Origin: Ruditapes philippinarum
Lineage: Eukaryota
Assembly: GCF_026571515.1 (NCBI RefSeq)
Contig: NW_026864188.1
Coordinates: forward strand, 1 to 63,743
DNA: 63,743 bases
Direction of reading: 5' to 3'
A program made the translations under genes and the position numbers. The notes under the pieces are model-generated. The model saw nothing but the letters and a program-made list of their open reading frames with translations. It had not been told where the DNA came from and searched no databases. This document shows positions 62,411 through 63,743 of the stretch, piece by piece. Numbering within the stretch: the stretch's first letter is position 1; every line of letters begins with the position of its first letter.

Positions 62411-63743
62411 TAGTCTCTAAAATATTTTATCCTGGTAAAAGTTTGCATAATTATTGCACCATACATGTAGGTAAAATTAGATTTAAAATATTGTTGCTTA
62501 ATTGCAGCAAATAATGAATGAAACACCAGTACTAAAAGATGCAGTAAAAATGTGTATAGAATAATCCGAATCTGTTTGTATTTGCTAATGTTTGACAAAA
62601 TTGTTACAGAAATGCTAGGCATGCTCAGCATTCCCTATCAGTCTTTAGTGCAAAAATAAAATGCAAATTAGATCTATACCAAAAGTTCATTTTCAGCTTG
62701 ATTGATCTGGATTATCAATCAATAAAAAAGAAGCATTTCTGACCTTAATATAATTTAATACGTCAAGGGATTTTGTTTTATATAAAAAATAAATTTGGTT
62801 TAATTCCAAAGGGTATTTTTCAAAAAAATCACCTGGCTTTTATATGTATTGATGACTCATTTTTGCATTCCACTATGCTAAAGATTTTAATTTACTGTAA
62901 GACCCACAGTAAAACCCTATTCAATGTTACAAACACCTTATTCTGATAGCTTATATAATACTTTTTAAAGTAAGCACAGTAATTACAGAAATTTAAACTT
63001 TGCTTAATATCTACAGAGAAATTTGTTTATTGTTTTTATACAAAAGTAATAATCAGTATTAAAACAGCATACATAGTACTAATTAAGGCATAGATTAAAT
63101 TTTTTAAGAGATTAAAATTTGCTTGAAAAAAAAACTCTTAATGTTTTGTTTTTTCTTGTTAAAGTTATTTATACTACTACTGCAAAAAATAAACATGTAA
63201 TGAAAGATTGTCCACTATTTATTACTCACTGTTTATTGCGTTCGTTTCTTTTAACAAAAATTCCTGCTTCAGAAATTCACACATATAAGCATACAGAAAC
63301 AAGACAGGTCACTACATCAAAAAACAAGTGTACAACAAATAGGTTCCAAGTCTAATTGAAACAATTAATTGAACCAATTGTTTTGCAATAATTCTTTTCT
63401 ATGAAAGAAACTCGTGGATAAATAATTAATCAAATGTCTTAATTGTAGCTAGTGAAGATTTTATTCCGACTCAATCACTTCATCCTTATCCATAATAGAT
63501 AATGTACTACATGTAAATGATTTCTTCAAAGGTTTCACTAATTTATTTGATCAAATTGAAAAGTATCTATATATATGTTTTCTATATGAAAATCAGATTT
63601 TAGAATACAGTGAAGTCACCAAACTAAAACATTTTATGTATTCTATTATTTGACAACTCATAATTTTAATTACTATAGTTTTCATAAAAACTTGAAATCA
63701 GGGTACATTTTAGCCAAACTGAATTATTTAATGTAATTAAGTT

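Overview
AT-rich animal genomic DNA. The repeat families and gene sequences suggest a bivalve mollusc (inference). Host genes: (i) two tandem, highly diverged very-large-inducible-GTPase (GVIN/URGCP-like) genes on +, each one long uninterrupted ORF (12287-16945, 18576-23168); (ii) a complete 9-exon HMG-CoA lyase gene (HMGCL, 36674-54800, 338 aa) on +; (iii) the last two coding exons of DNALI1 on -, convergent with HMGCL. The rest is dense in mobile DNA: tyrosine-recombinase (DIRS/Ngaro-like) remnants at the left edge; a CR1-group LINE with a 5' inversion and 15-bp TSD; a second LINE lying between the apparent HMGCL promoter and its start codon; a young Mag-like Gypsy LTR element in HMGCL intron 2; several Helentron/HINE-type elements with about 147-167 bp internal tandem repeats; hAT- and Tc1/mariner-type MITEs; and tRNA-derived SINEs. 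A diverged tandem duplication of about 1.4 kb follows the second GTPase. There is an N gap at 1414-1541, and homopolymer errors suggest lower consensus quality beyond about 59 kb. The best candidate for an undescribed system is the VLIG GTPase pair, a possible invertebrate innate-immunity locus.
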